Positions 1 to 12,681 of a stretch of DNA of 64,000 nucleotides are shown one piece after another. Both the position numbers and the translations under genes were made by a program. Below the pieces are notes generated by a model, which saw only the letters and a list, made by a program, of their open reading frames with translations, had not been told where the DNA came from and made no database searches. The number at the start of each line of letters is the position of its first letter. The stretch's first letter is position 1. The DNA comes from Felis catus (lineage: Eukaryota): positions 50,036,001 to 50,100,000 of the forward strand of contig NC_058382.1 of NCBI RefSeq assembly GCF_018350175.1. The letters are read 5' to 3'.

Positions 1-293
1 CTCTTCTCTTCTCTTCTCCTCTCCTCTCCTCTCCTCTCCTCTCCTCTCCTCTCCTCTCCTCTCCTCTCCTCTCCTCTCCTCTCCTCTCCTCTCCTCTCTT
101 TTCTCTTCCCTTCCTTCCTTCCTTCCTTCCTTCCTTCCTTCCTTCCTTCCTTCCTTCCTTCCTTCCTTCCTTCCTCCTCCCTCCCTCCCTCCCTCCCTCC
201 TTCCTTCTGCCCCCCCTTCCCTCTCTCCCTCACTCCCTCCTTTCCTTCCTTCCTTCCTTCCTTCCTTCCTTCCTTCCTTCCTTCCTTCCTTCC
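1..293 (+). repeat. Compound polypyrimidine microsatellite (CTCCT)n/(CCTT)n/(CCCT)n
   Basis: Read directly; only two purines in ~290 bp; runs off window start. Confidence 0.95.
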
Positions 294-980
294 ACTGGGG
301 AAAAATAATAAGGACCTAAACTGCTCCTTATTACACTTGGTTGATACAGTTTTTAAGTCTCTCTGAATCCATAGATTCCACCCTTTTCTTTTTTTTTTTT
401 TTGTTTTGTTTTAATTAATTTACTCATTGGTGCTATACCTTCTTCTGGATCATCTTCATGCTCTGCCTCAGTTTTCACTGGAGGTCAACTGGAGAACATA
501 AATATCTTCTCTCATTTCATTAGATTAATGGCATGCCCATTTCAGGTTCTATTTCAATAGAATACTAAACACTGAAATACCTGGACCCCTGTGCTCTGAA
601 GTGATAAGGTGAGATGCTGTGATGGAATGAGTAATGAGATTGAAAATAGGAAAGAAAAAACTGAATGAAGTTGACTACATGGCCTTGGAGAAAACAGTCG
701 ACTTTTCTCTATTATCAAAATTATCAAATACCAAATGTTGCTAATATTAACATCAGAATACCATTAACAAACCTCTTGACAGATCTTGGCCTTGTCTCCA
801 GAGAGCTTTATCTCAGAGATCACAAAAACAGTCTAATTTAACTATTAATAGATATTAAAAATAATGCACTAATTGCATAAAATAAATTCAAATACAAAAT
901 ATAAATGGTTGTATTATAATTAGTGGGCAGGAATGTTCACTGATCAGCTATTGACACTCTAATTAAAAACCTTAATATAT

Positions 981-1102
981 GGGTCCCTGGGTGGCTCAGT
1001 TGGTTGAGCATCCAATTGTTGGTTTTGCAGGTCATGATCTCACGGTTCATGAGTTTGAGCCCTGCTTTGGGCTCCACGCTAACAGTACGCAGCCTGCTTG
1101 GG

Positions 1103-1151
<49 letters not shown>

Positions 1152-1191
1152 CTCTCCCCCTCTCAAAATAAATAACTAAACTTAAAAAAAA
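981..1191 (+). mobile_element. CanSINE (SINEC, tRNA-derived)
   Basis: tRNA-like head (GTGGCTCAGTTGGTT ... GAGTTTGAGCCC), (CT)n tract, AATAAA, A tail. Confidence 0.92.
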
Positions 1192-1265
1192 CCTTGTTTG
1201 GTTGGTTCAAAAATATAACCAGAGCTTACAATCATTGTTATGTGCATCAGTATGTCTACGCACAT

Positions 1266-1468
1266 TTTTAAAAATTGTTTATTTTTGAGAGAGAGACAGA
1301 GCGTGAGCAGAGTAGGGGCAGAGAGAGAGGGAGACACAGAATCCAAAGCAGGCTACAGGCTCTGAGCTGTCAGCACAGAGCTCGACGCAGGGCTCAAACT
1401 CATGAGCCGTGAGATCATGACCTGAGCCGAAGTCGGACGCTCAACCGACTGAGCCACCCAGACACCCC
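1266..1468 (-). mobile_element. CanSINE (felid SINEC_Fc-type)
   Basis: Full body on minus strand; imperfect TSD ATGT(C/T)TA(C/T)GCACATTTT. Confidence 0.93.
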
Positions 1469-3056
1469 ATGTTTATGCACATTTTATGAACAAATCACAA
1501 ATACTGTATGTTTTGAGAATTTTTAGTGATCCTTTTAGATTGCTCATGTCTGGTAACAGACACTAGCATGTTGATTGGTTATGCTGTTTGTCTCTCAAAT
1601 ACTTAAAAAAACTGCACACACACAAATCAGTTTTCACTGTACATAACAAGCTGTTGTAACACACTGTTAATACATATTTTTCTCAAGCTCTAAGAGCTGT
1701 CTTATACTCTCACCCAACGTGAGCCAGCCCATATTTTTCTGTTTTATTTCTGTGACCATGAGTAGTGCAACGCTCTTGGCTTATGAGTGCCCTACTACTC
1801 TATACAGATGATGTGGTTTTCAACTGATGTTAAGAGCTGTTTACTACGCAGTGACCTTCTTTCTACAATTTATTTTGTGTTCTCATGAACATTTTTTACC
1901 TATAAAGGCAGGAAGGTAAGTTCCTTGAGGAAACTTGCCTCAAAGGAACAAAGGATGTCTTCGTGCAAATGCAGTAGAATGTGACAACCAAAACAGAAAT
2001 TAGGGACCACTGGCAATCTTCGTGGAGGTCATAATAAACATCACTGCAACCTAAAGGGATTAGGTCACAATTTGGACAGGCACCTGGAGAAATTTGTGGC
2101 AAGAGGTGTGCTGTGATTCCAGGAAACTCGGGTCAGTCTTGGCTAATGGTCCACCCCAGGAATGTGTCTCCACGGGAGGAAGTAAGTATCATTGTGGGGC
2201 TGGGACAGGAGCTGGGCCAGGCGACAGCTTGGCATAGCCCGATGCCCATTCTGGCCTTTCCCATTTAATCTCTATAAAGAAGGAAACATGGCCCTCCAGG
2301 AGGCCTGTAATGAGTGTGTTTACAGACGAGAATTGAGTGACAACAGTCTCCCCTCCCCAAGAAGAAGCGCTGAGAGAGATGATTTTACAGTATTTCCTCT
2401 CATCAAAGTAACACAGGCTTGTCTCTCGCTTCCTGACACAGAAAATTGCATTTTGTCACCCATTTGTCAGTTCTTAGAGATTTTAAGATAATTAAAGAAC
2501 ATTACAGCAGGTGACAGCTGTTGCTGAATGCCGCGTTGCTGGTTCTTCTGCTTGTTGGATGCCCATGAATCTCGGATGATGATAGCTTGGTGCTCCAGGT
2601 TTAATTAGCTGGTTGTTTTGAATCTGTCTGGGCTCTCAGGTGTGGGGTGAGCAGCAGGCTTGCAGCTTGTTGAAGCTGAGCTGTGCTCATCACTGACTGG
2701 AGGACCTGGGTCTGACCAACTCCTAGAAAGGCCCGGTGGAGGTGCCTTGACCTTTATCAGACAAGGACACCGAGGGGACATGGATGCCGTTTCTAGGTGA
2801 GGCTATGGAGATCATCAAATGCTGTTTGGTTTCCCATAGTTCTTGCACCAGACCATGCTTTTGACTTTGAAACTTATTTTCTGAGTAAATTTCTTTCAAA
2901 GCCATCTCTTTTTATTATACAACATGGCAATCATATCCCATTTGGTTTTATATCTAAGTTAGTTTACCAAAAATTCCCTGACATGCAGGAAAGAGATCTA
3001 AATGGTCTCAACTCGGGCTTTCAGTAGTATAGAATATTTTGTTTCTTCTCCTGTAG

Positions 3057-3140
3057 GACTTGAATGCTATCACGCTACATCAGAGAAACGACGAACCCTG
3101 CGGGAAGCCCCATGCTTCCTTTCTCTTTCATTCTCCCCAG
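3057..3140 (+). other. Weak candidate exon (84 bp), gene unknown
   Basis: Polypyrimidine acceptor TTTCTTCTCCTGTAG, donor CAG|GTGGGA, length a multiple of 3, two open frames, CpG-enriched; peptide not recognised. Confidence 0.2.
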
Positions 3141-3295
3141 GTGGGAGTGAGGGTCTCTATGTTTTAACAATTTGTTCTTAAAAAACAAATATTAAAAAAT
3201 CCACATGAGTTTGACTCTCTAAGTTGTATTTGTTTTCAAACTAATCTTAAAACATAAAAGGGGCATCTCAGGAATAATTAAATAAAATCATACTT

Positions 3296-3503
3296 GGGGC
3301 GCCTGGGTGGCTCAGTCACTTGAGCATCCAACTCTTGATTTCGGCTCAGGTCATGATCTCAGGGTCATGGGATTGAGTCCTGAGCCAGACTCTGCACTGA
3401 GTGTGGAGTCTGCTTAAGACTCCCTCTCTCTCTCCCTCCGCTTCTCTCCCCTGCTCATGTGTGTTCTCTCTCAAATAAATAAATAAATAAATAAATAAAT
3501 AAA
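3296..3503 (+). mobile_element. CanSINE
   Basis: GGGGCGCCTGGGTGGCTCAG head, CT tract, (TAAA)n tail. Confidence 0.93.
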
Positions 3504-3514
3504 TATTCTTAAAA

Positions 3515-3705
3515 ATTTTTTTTATTTATTATTTTGAGACAGAGAAGGGGAGGGGAAAGGGCAGAGAGAGAAGTGGGAGAGAGAATCTGAAGTGGGCTCT
3601 GTGCTGACAGCAGAGAGCCTGATGTGGGGCTTGAACTCACTAGCTGTGAGATCATGACCTGTGTCGAAGCTGGATGCTTAACTGGCTGAGCCACCTAGGT
3701 GGCCC
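3515..3705 (-). mobile_element. CanSINE, tail-to-tail with previous copy
   Basis: Reverse-complement SINE body ending ...GAGCCACCTAGGTGGCCC. Confidence 0.9.
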
Positions 3706-3878
3706 AAATAAACATCATTCTTAACCATGTAAAAGGTTCATAGAAATGCATCAGTTTCTGTTTTAGAACCAGAATGAAAGCCTTTTACTTATAGTCCTGT
3801 AGACCAAACACATTCTTCTAGACCTTTTTGTACACGATGTTATGCTCTTCTTTTTTTGAAAAAAATTTTATTAAAAAA

Positions 3879-3975
3879 GTTTTTAAAAAATGTTTATTTA
3901 TCTTTGAGAGACAGAGTGAGACAGAGCATGAGCAGGGGAGGGCCAGAGAGAGAGGGAGACACAGAATCAGAAGCA
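3879..3975 (-). mobile_element. 5'-truncated CanSINE (tail and CT region only)
   Basis: TTTATTTA..GAGAGACAGAG..GAGACACAGAATC; head missing. Confidence 0.85.
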
Positions 3976-4069
3976 TATGCCCTTAATTTCTTTCTCCTTT
4001 TTTGTGCACAGGTCAAACTCCTGCTCATTTTTCAGGTTGTGGCACAGAGGTCACTTTTTCTTTGAAGAC

Positions 4070-4278
4070 TTTTTTCAACGTCTATTTATTTTTGGGACAG
4101 AGAGAGACAGAGCATGAATGGGGGAGGGGCAGAGAGAGAGGGAGACACAGAATCGGAAACAGGCTCCAGGCTCTGAGCCATCAGCCCAGAGCCCGACGCG
4201 GGGCTCGAACTCACGGACCGCGAGATCGTGACCTGGCTGAAGTCGGACGCTCAACCGACTGTGCCACCCAGGCGCCCC
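4070..4278 (-). mobile_element. Young felid CanSINE
   Basis: CpG-rich, diagnostic GTGACCTGGCTGAAG; perfect TSD TGAAGACTTTTTT (4063-4075/4279-4291). Confidence 0.96.
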
Positions 4279-4489
4279 TGAAGACTTTTTTGAATCCACC
4301 TAGCACAGCTTGGCCCCTCTTCCTTCGGTTCTGCTTCCTCTGCTCTTAGCATGCACGTGAATTGAGTATTGAAACAGTATCTGCAGTTTACTGTCTACAT
4401 TAACATGACTTTATTATTCCATTGCCTTTGACATAACTTCAATCTTTCATGAGACTCCTTCCCAGGAAGATACAGCTTTTAAAAAACGT

Positions 4490-4835
4490 TTTCATTCCAA
4501 GGTCTTCCAGATAGTTCTGTCAGCTCATTAATAGAAACCATCTGTGGACAGTTTACATCAGACTCTGAAATCCCTCACCTCAACACTCTTGCATTGCTGT
4601 GCCCACTAATTCTAAGCCATTACATCGTGATTCCTACTCAGTAGTAATCAAGCCTCCACACTGAAAGACCTGCCTTAAATCGGACTTCAAAATCTCAGAA
4701 AATATCCTGACTTTGTCCTTCCCTCTCCAGGACATTACTAAGACTCTGCTGACCCAGTGTTCTCTGTCACCATGGTAAGTAATTAACTATGCTTTGTTTT
4801 ATCAGTAGATGCTTTGGTGATAATTTGGGGAACCT
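4490..4835 (+). mobile_element. Probable old ERV1-class solo LTR fragment
   Basis: Visual resemblance to MER31/MER67-type LTR 3' region (..CTGCCTTAAATC..CTTTGTTTTATCA..GGTGATAATTTGGGGA). Confidence 0.35.
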
Positions 4836-5346
4836 GCACTTGAGACCATCCTTGCCCAAGTTACTATGTCTGGTACTTGATTGTGGTTCTCTCTTTTCAG
4901 TACTCTGTACTCCCCTGCCTGTACTGGAGTCGTATGTTTAACAAAGAGCATGGGAAAGAAAGAAGCACCTTTTGGCAAAATGGACTTTGTGAAATGGAGA
5001 GGGAGTTGATATCTTGATGCATAAAAAACATCTTGCTTGACTAGACTCAAACTTGACTGGTGCTTTTCTAAGTCTTCCCTGCCCGAGTTTTAATGACCCC
5101 CATGTTCTAGCTTTGGTTCATCCATCTAACTGTATTTCCTGCACATTCTTCACTCCAAAGAGCCATTCTTCCCCTTGGTCCATGCTTTTATGTACCCATA
5201 GGTATTCATGTGTTCTGTTTCCTGTGCTAGGAATACTTTCCCCCTTACATTATGCTAATAAACCTTACCTCACATTTAAGGCTGAATTAGTTCCAAATTC
5301 TCTATGAACGCTTTACCATCTTCTTCACTACATTCTTTTCTCTCTT

Positions 5347-5581
5347 TTCTTTTTTTTTTTTTTTAAATTTTTTTTCAACGTTTTTTATTTATTTTTGGGA
5401 CAGAGAGAGACAGAGCATGAACGGGGGAGGGGCAGAGAGAGAGGGAGACACAGAATCGGAAACAGGCTCCAGGCTCTGAGCCATCAGCCCAGAGCCCGAC
5501 GCGGGGCTCGAACCCACGGACCGCGAGATCGTGACCTGGCTGAAGTCGGATGCTTAACCGACTGCACCACCCAGGCGCCCC
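5347..5581 (-). mobile_element. Young felid CanSINE
   Basis: Diagnostic CCTGGCTGAAG, long T run, near-identical TSD CTCTCTTTT(T)CTTT. Confidence 0.96.
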
Positions 5582-5714
5582 CTCTCTTTTCTTTTAATCT
5601 TTATTAATACTTGTGTAGTTAGCACTTACTATTGTTTTGTGCTATTTTCCCATGATTGATATTTATTGAAGTTATTTTTGAAATCTTTAATTTAGGCACA
5701 AGACACTATCTTCA

Positions 5715-5803
5715 TCCATTCACTTATTTACCTAATGTTTTAGAAACCTGCTTTTGGTAATGTACTGTGATAGATCCTGGGGGTGCAGCAATGATTAAAA
5801 CAG
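5715..5803 (-). mobile_element. L2 3'-end fragment
   Basis: CATTCACTTATTT..GTACTGTG..CTGGGG..CAGCAATGA..AAAACAG resembles L2 terminus. Confidence 0.5.
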
Positions 5804-6580
5804 TAACCTAATGCATTTGGGGGGAATCCCCAAGTTCCTTAACACAAGGCCAACTAAAATATCAATGTATGACTAATTCTTTCAGCTGATAGCCCTCCAG
5901 GCCTCTTCATATTAGTCAAAGCATATATAGACCCATAGAGAAGTGGATCAATATGTTGTACCAGTTTTGTTGCATATTTTATCAACCTTGCTAAAAAGAA
6001 ACTTACAATAGACAAACCTAACATCATTTCTGAACTATTACTATGATTGCTGACAAATATTGATTATTCAGAGTAATAAACAGTGACAAAAAGATGAAAT
6101 TAAATTAACCTAAATTATACAAACTGTTATAGGATTTTGAATGTTGGCTGGTGAAGGGGACAGAGAGAACCAATAAAGGGCAGGGGATATTTAGTTGGAC
6201 AAACTGAAGGCTGAGTTGCCTTCAACAAGGTGGCTAAGTCTCCAAAACATTATCCACGAGGGCAGTGCCCAAGAGAACAGTATTCTAGCTAGCTATGGCA
6301 TTCCTACAGGGCTGTTTTATTGGGATCTCCAGGTGGTGGACATACTTGTAATAAGTGGGCGGTTCTAGCAGATTTCCCAAGGGTATGTCTTCTTTGAAAC
6401 AGTGATTTTACAGGCTCCACTTCTCACCCCTGGGAGAAAGGGGCAGGCAAAGGGGAGCTGTCTGGTGTATTGTTGAAATCTAACCACATGAGGGCAAGAG
6501 TGAGGAGGACTCTAGACCTTTCAGGGAGGACAGATTATCAGTCTGGAAAAGAAGGGAGAACTGTATTCTCTCTCTCTTTC

Positions 6581-6769
6581 TTAAAGTTTATTTATTTATT
6601 TTGAGGCGGGGAAGGGCAGAGAGAGGAGAGAGAGAGAGATTGAATCCCAAGTAGGATCCACTTTCAGCACAGAGCCTGAAGCAGGGCTCGATCCCACAAA
6701 CTGTTAGGTCATGATCTGAGCTGAAATTGAGAGTTGGACACTTAACCCACTGAGCCACCCAGGCACCCC
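6581..6769 (-). mobile_element. CanSINE
   Basis: Minus-strand SINE body; imperfect TSD AGA(A/G)CTGTAT. Confidence 0.9.
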
Positions 6770-8237
6770 AGAGCTGTATCCTTTAGAAGAAATTGATTTG
6801 GAGGGAATGGAAGAAGTTCTTAGTAAGCATGCCATATCCAAGGCTGTCTTGTATTAGGGTAGCAAGACTATTGGTAACCTCACAGGCATGGTGCTGGCGT
6901 GTTTATTTCCATACATACAGTCAGGCTTGGCAGAATTGGCTCTATCTCTGAGTAGGGCAGAGGTAGATCCACATGTCAAAAGTTTTTCATACAGGGGCAG
7001 TACGGAAGGAAGGGAGGGGGTGAACCTGGGGTCAGCTGGCACAGACATTTGGAACAACTGTGTAGTCCCTTTCTAATTTTTCTACTTCAACGCTACTAGA
7101 ATAGCTTACATTATTTTGTCTTTTTCTCATTTGGGAGGTAGAGAAATTAATTAGCTGTGAAATGACTCAAGGCAGAAACAAAGATCAAATATGAAGGAAA
7201 AGCAAGATGAATAAATACAAATGAATTGGATAGCCAATTCCTGAATATTCAAGGCAAGAAAATCACAGGAATTATTTCTGAAAATGAAATGCCATACTGA
7301 TGAAAGATCAGGTGGTTTCATGAGAATTTGGAGCAGTCGTCATGTGGGTCCCCCACCTCCCCTGCAACTTACAAATAGAGTATTTAATTTAAGGCAACGT
7401 AATACATAGTGAAGATCAATATACAATCATTGAAGCAGAAATTATTGGAGGAAAACAGTGCAAATTGAAGTATTCAGAAGAAAATGAGTATTACAATTTG
7501 CCTATCATTGTATATGAACCTATTAAAACATAATTTGCAACTTTCATCTGCTAGAATATTATTCCCTCACAAACAGGTATTGGCATCAATTCAGACACAT
7601 TAACTATGTTCCGAGTAGTGTTAATTTATTTTTTCTCATATCCCCAATTACCATAGTATATTCATTTTGATTTAAAAACCCAGAGCACAGCTTAATTTTA
7701 ACAAATAATTTAATTTAAAAGAATTATTTATTGAATTTTTCTAAATTGCATTTTTTCCACTGAGTACAGCTATATAAAGTTGAATTATTAAACTTTGCTT
7801 CTTATTATTCCTGGCTTTTTCCCCCTTAGGACTTTTTCACTCTTCTATCTGAAAGAAACAATCCTTCATTCATTTCCTTATTATACATGTTTTACCTGTA
7901 ACTGAGCAGAACACAGGTATCCAAGAAGCAGATTTATTTAGAGGACAGATACTAATCCAGTTACTGAGAAATTAAACTGATGAATCCGTTCCTAATCCTG
8001 ATAAACTCTGTGCTTTAACACATGTTGGCCATGTCTATAATTTTCTTCTTGGGGTCATTTATATTGTCAATACCTGCACTACCTGTTTTTTCTTACCAGA
8101 GATAGACTCTAATGAGGTGAAATATAAGGCATTCCTTGAAGGACTGCGCTCTGGGTACAGAGAGAAGATTGCCCATTGCAAGCCCTTCTTTCTATTTCTG
8201 GAAGATGGCTGTGAGATCTCAAAAATAGTAAGAACTC

Positions 8238-8444
8238 AGGTTGGTTAAGCCACTGACTCTTGATTTCAGCTCAGGACGTGATCTCATGGTTCTTGGGATT
8301 GATCCGTGCATTGGGCTCTGCGCTAATTGCCTAGGGCCTGCTTGGAATTCTCTCTCTCTCTCCTTCTGCCCTTCCCTGCTCACCTGCGCTCTTTCTCTCT
8401 CAAAAACAAACAAACAAACATCAAAACAAACAAACATTAAAAAA
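8238..8444 (+). mobile_element. CanSINE, slightly 5'-truncated, (CAAA)n tail
   Basis: SINE body; imperfect TSD ATAGTAAGA(A/G)CTC. Confidence 0.88.
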
Positions 8445-8982
8445 GATAGTAAGAGCTCTTTGTGACTTGATTTCTCCAGTCTTATAGGCGGTACAATATA
8501 TTTCAGAATTCATTTTGCACTAGTAGAAATTTGAAGACGATATGCAAGAGTTAATTGATAATTTCTGTAGAAACTGTTCCTAGTTTTGATGAAGATTTTT
8601 TTTTAAATTTTAATTACAGTTTAGTTAACATACAGTGTTATATTAGTTTCAGGTATGATACAGTGATTCAACACTACCATATGTCACCCTGTGCTCATCA
8701 CAAGTGCACTCCTTAATCCCCATCACCCATATAGCCCATCCCCTGCCCACCTCCCATCCAGCAACCTTCAGTTTGTTCTCCATAATTAAGAGTCTGTTTC
8801 TTGGTTTGTCTCTCTCTCTCTTTTTTCTTTGCTCAATTGTTTTGTTTCTTAAATTCCACATGAGTGAAATCATAAAGTATTTGTCTTTCTCTGACTTAGC
8901 TTAGTATTATACTCTCTAGCTCCATCCATGTTGTTGCAAATGGCAAGATTTCATTCTTTTTTTATGTCTGAATAATATTCTG

Positions 8983-9062
8983 ATATATATATATATATAC
9001 ACATACATATATATATATATTCTGATATGTATATATATATATACATACATATATATATATAT
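8983..9062. repeat. (TA)n-rich compound microsatellite within L1 3' region
   Basis: Read directly. Confidence 0.9.
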
Positions 9063-9878
9063 GCCACATCTTCTTTATCCATTCATCAGTTGATGGACAC
9101 TTGAAATGCTTCCATATCTTGGCTATTGTAAATAATGCAGCTATAAACATAAGGGTGCATGTATCCTTTCTAATTAGTGTTCTTTTCTTTTATTTTTTTG
9201 GGGGGTAAATACTCAGTAGTGCAACTGCTGGATCATTAGATAGTTCTATTTTTAGCTTTATGAGGAACCTCCATACTGTTTTCCACAGTGGCTGCACCAG
9301 TTTGCATTCCCACTAACAGTGCTAGAGGGTTCCTTTTCCTCGACATCCTCACCAACACCTGTTGTGTATTGTGTTGTTGATGTCAGTCATTCTGACAGGT
9401 GTTAGGTGATAGCTGATTGTTATTTTGATTTGCATTTTCCTTGATGATGAGTGATATTGAGCATTTTTTCATGTGTCTGTTAGGCATCTGTATATCTCTG
9501 GAGAAACGTCTGTTCATGTCTTCTGCCCATTTTTTAATTGGATTATTTGTTTTTTGGTTGTTGAGTTTTATAAGTTCTTTGTATATTTTGGATACCAATC
9601 CTTTATCGGATAAGCCTTTTGCTAATATTTTCTTCCATTTCATAGGTTGCCTTTTAGTTTTGTTGATTGCTTTGCTGTGATGAAGATTTTTATTTTGATG
9701 TAGTCCCAATATCTTATTTTTGCTTTTGTTTCCCTTGCCTCAGGAGACCCACCTAGAAAAAAGTTGCTACAGCTGATGTCAAAGAAGTTACTGCTTGTGT
9801 TCTGTTAGGATTTTTATGGTTTCAGGTCTCACATTTTGGTTTTTCATCCATTTTGAATTTGTTTTTGTGTATGGTGTA

Positions 9879-9912
9879 AGAAAGAAAGAAAGAAGGAAAG
9901 AAGGAAAGAAGG

Positions 9913-9991
<79 letters not shown>

Positions 9992-10021
9992 GAAAGAAAG
10001 AAAGGAAGAAAGAAAAAGAAA
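9879..10021 (+). repeat. (GAAA)n microsatellite within L1 ORF2
   Basis: Read directly. Confidence 0.95.
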
Positions 10022-11713
10022 GTGTATGGTGTATGCATTCTTCTGCATATTGCTGTCCAGTTTTCCTAACACCATTTGTTGAAGAGACTGTATCTTTTTC
10101 CCATTGGATATTCTTTCCTGCTTTGTTGAAGATTAATTGACCACATAGTTGTGGGTTTATTTCTGGACTTTCTGTTCCATAGATCTAGGTGTCCATTTTT
10201 GTGCCAGTACTGTACTGTTTTGATTACTACAGCTTTGCAATATAACTTGAGGTGTGGAATTGTGATGCCTCCCACTTTGCATTTCTTTTTCAAGATTCCT
10301 TTGGCTATCAGGGGTCTTTTGCTGTTCCATACATATTTTAGGATTGTTTCTTCTAGCTTGGTGAAAAATGCTGTTGGTATTTTGACAGGGATTGCATTAA
10401 ATGTGTAGATTGCTGTGGATAGTGTAGACATTTTAACAATATTTGTTCTTCCAATCCATGAGCATGGAATATCTTTCCATTTATTTGTGTCTTCTTCAAT
10501 TTCTTTTATCAGTTTTTTATAGTTTTCAGAATACAGATGTTTCACTTCTTTGGTTAGGTTTATCCTTAGGTATCTTATTTTGGGGGTAATTGCAAATGAG
10601 ATTGTTTTGTTAATTTCTCTTTCTGTTGCTTCATTATTGGTGTATAGAAATGCAACACATTTTTGCACATTGATTTGTATCCTGCGACTTTACTGAATTT
10701 GTTTATCAGTTTCTGGCAGTTTTTTTGGTGGAGTCTTTAGGGTTTTCTGTGTATAGTGTCATGACATCTGCAAATAGTGGAGGTTTTACTTCTTCCTTAC
10801 AGACTTGGATGCCTCTTATGTCTTTTTGTTGTCTGATTGCTGTGGTTCAGATTTGCAGTACAATGTTGAATACAAGTGGTGAGAGTGGGCATTCTTGTCT
10901 TGTTCTTGACTTTAGGGGGAAAGCTCTCAAATTTTCCCCTTTGAGTATGATGTTCACTGTGGGTTTTTCATCGATGGCCTTTATTATTGTGCGGTATGTT
11001 CTCTTTAAACCTACTTTGTTGAGGGCTTTTATCATGAATGGATGTTGTACTTTGTCAAATGCTTTCCTGCATCTTTTGAGATGATAGTATGACTTTTATC
11101 CCTTCTCTTATTGATGTGATGTATCATGTTGATTGATTTGCGAATAGCAAAGCACACCTGCATCCTGGGAATAAATCCCACTTGATCATGGTGAGTGTTT
11201 TTAAAAATATATTGTTGGATTCTGTTTGCTTGTATTTTGTTGAGGATTTTTGCATCTATGTTCATCAGAGATACAGGCCTATAATTCTCTTTTTTTGTGG
11301 TGTCTTTATCTGATCTTGGTATCAGGGTGATATTTGTTTCATAGAATGAATTTCAATATTTTCCTTCTATTTTTTTGGAAGAGTTTGAGTAGAATAGGTA
11401 TTAACTTTTCTTTAAATGTTTGGTAGAATTCACCTGTGAAGCCATCTGGTCCTGGAGTTTTGGCTGTTGGGAATTTTTTGATTACTGATTCAATCTCCTT
11501 GCTGGTAATTGGTCTGTTCAAATTTTCTGTTTCCTCCTGCTTCAGTTTTGGTAGGTCATATGTTTCTAGGAATTTACCATTTATTCTGGGTTGTCTAATT
11601 TGTTGGCATATAGTTTGTCATAATATTCTCTTACAGTTCTTTGTATTCCTGTGTGTTCATTGTTATTTCTCCTCTCTGATTTGTGATTTGCTTTATTTGA
11701 ATCCTCTCTCTCC

Positions 11714-11715
<2 letters not shown>

Positions 11716-11764
<49 letters not shown>
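11716..11764 (+). repeat. (CTTT)n microsatellite within L1 ORF2
   Basis: Read directly. Confidence 0.95.
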
Positions 11765-12633
11765 ATGAGTCTGGCTAGAGGTTTATCAATTTTGCTTATT
11801 TTTTCAAACAACCAGCTCCTGGTTTCATTGATCTGTTCTGTTGGTTTTTAGTCTCTATATCATTTATTTCTGCTTTAATCTTTATTATTTTCTTATTTCT
11901 GATGGTTTTGAGTTTTGTTTGTTATTCTTTTTCTAGCTCCTTTTTGTGTTAAGTTAGGTTATTTGAGATTTTCTTGCTTCTTGAGGTATGCCTGTGTTGC
12001 TATAAACTTCCCTCTTAGAACTGCTTTTGCTGCATCTCAAAGGTTTTGGAACATTGCATTTTCATTTTCATTTGTTTCCATGTAATATGTATTTATTCTT
12101 TTATTTCCTGGTTGACCCATTCATTGTTTAGTAGCATATTGTGTGACCTCCATGTATTTCTGGTCTTTCCAGAGTTTTTCTTGTGGTTGACTGCTAGTTT
12201 TTAGCTTTGTGGTAAGGAAAGATGCATGGTATGGCTTAGATCTTCTTGAATTTGTTGAGGCTTGTTTTGTGGGCTAAGATGTGATCTATTCTGGAGAATG
12301 TTCCATGTGCACTTGAAAAGAATTCTGCTGTTTTAGGATGAAATGTTCTGAATATATCTGTTAACATTTCTGGTTCAGTGTGTCATTCAAAGCCATTGTT
12401 GTCTTGTTGATTTTGTGTTTGGATGATCGATCTGTCCTTTGACTTAAGTGGTTGTTAAAGATCCCTATTATTATTTATTATCATTGATTAGTTCCTTTAT
12501 ATTTGTTATTAACTGTTGTATTATTTGGATGCTTTCATGTTGGGTGTACATATATTTATAATTGTTATATCTTCTTGGATTGTCCCCATTATTATCACAT
12601 ATTATCCTTTTTGTCTCTAGTTATAGTCTTTGC

Positions 12634-12634
12634 T

Positions 12635-12673
<39 letters not shown>

Positions 12674-12681
12674 TTTTCTTT
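12634..12681 (+). repeat. (TTTA)n tract flanked by TSD-like direct repeat
   Basis: TTATAGTCTTTGCTTT (12621-12636) and TTACAGTCTTTGTTTT (12682-12697). Confidence 0.85.

Noticed and set aside
981..1060. tRNA-like A/B boxes as tRNA genes
   Set aside because: They are SINE heads followed by CT tract and A tail; the same applies to all copies
4002..4349. Recurrent peptide GQRETEHERGRGRERGRHRIGNRLQ in several ORFs
   Set aside because: It is the antisense translation of CanSINE, not a gene family
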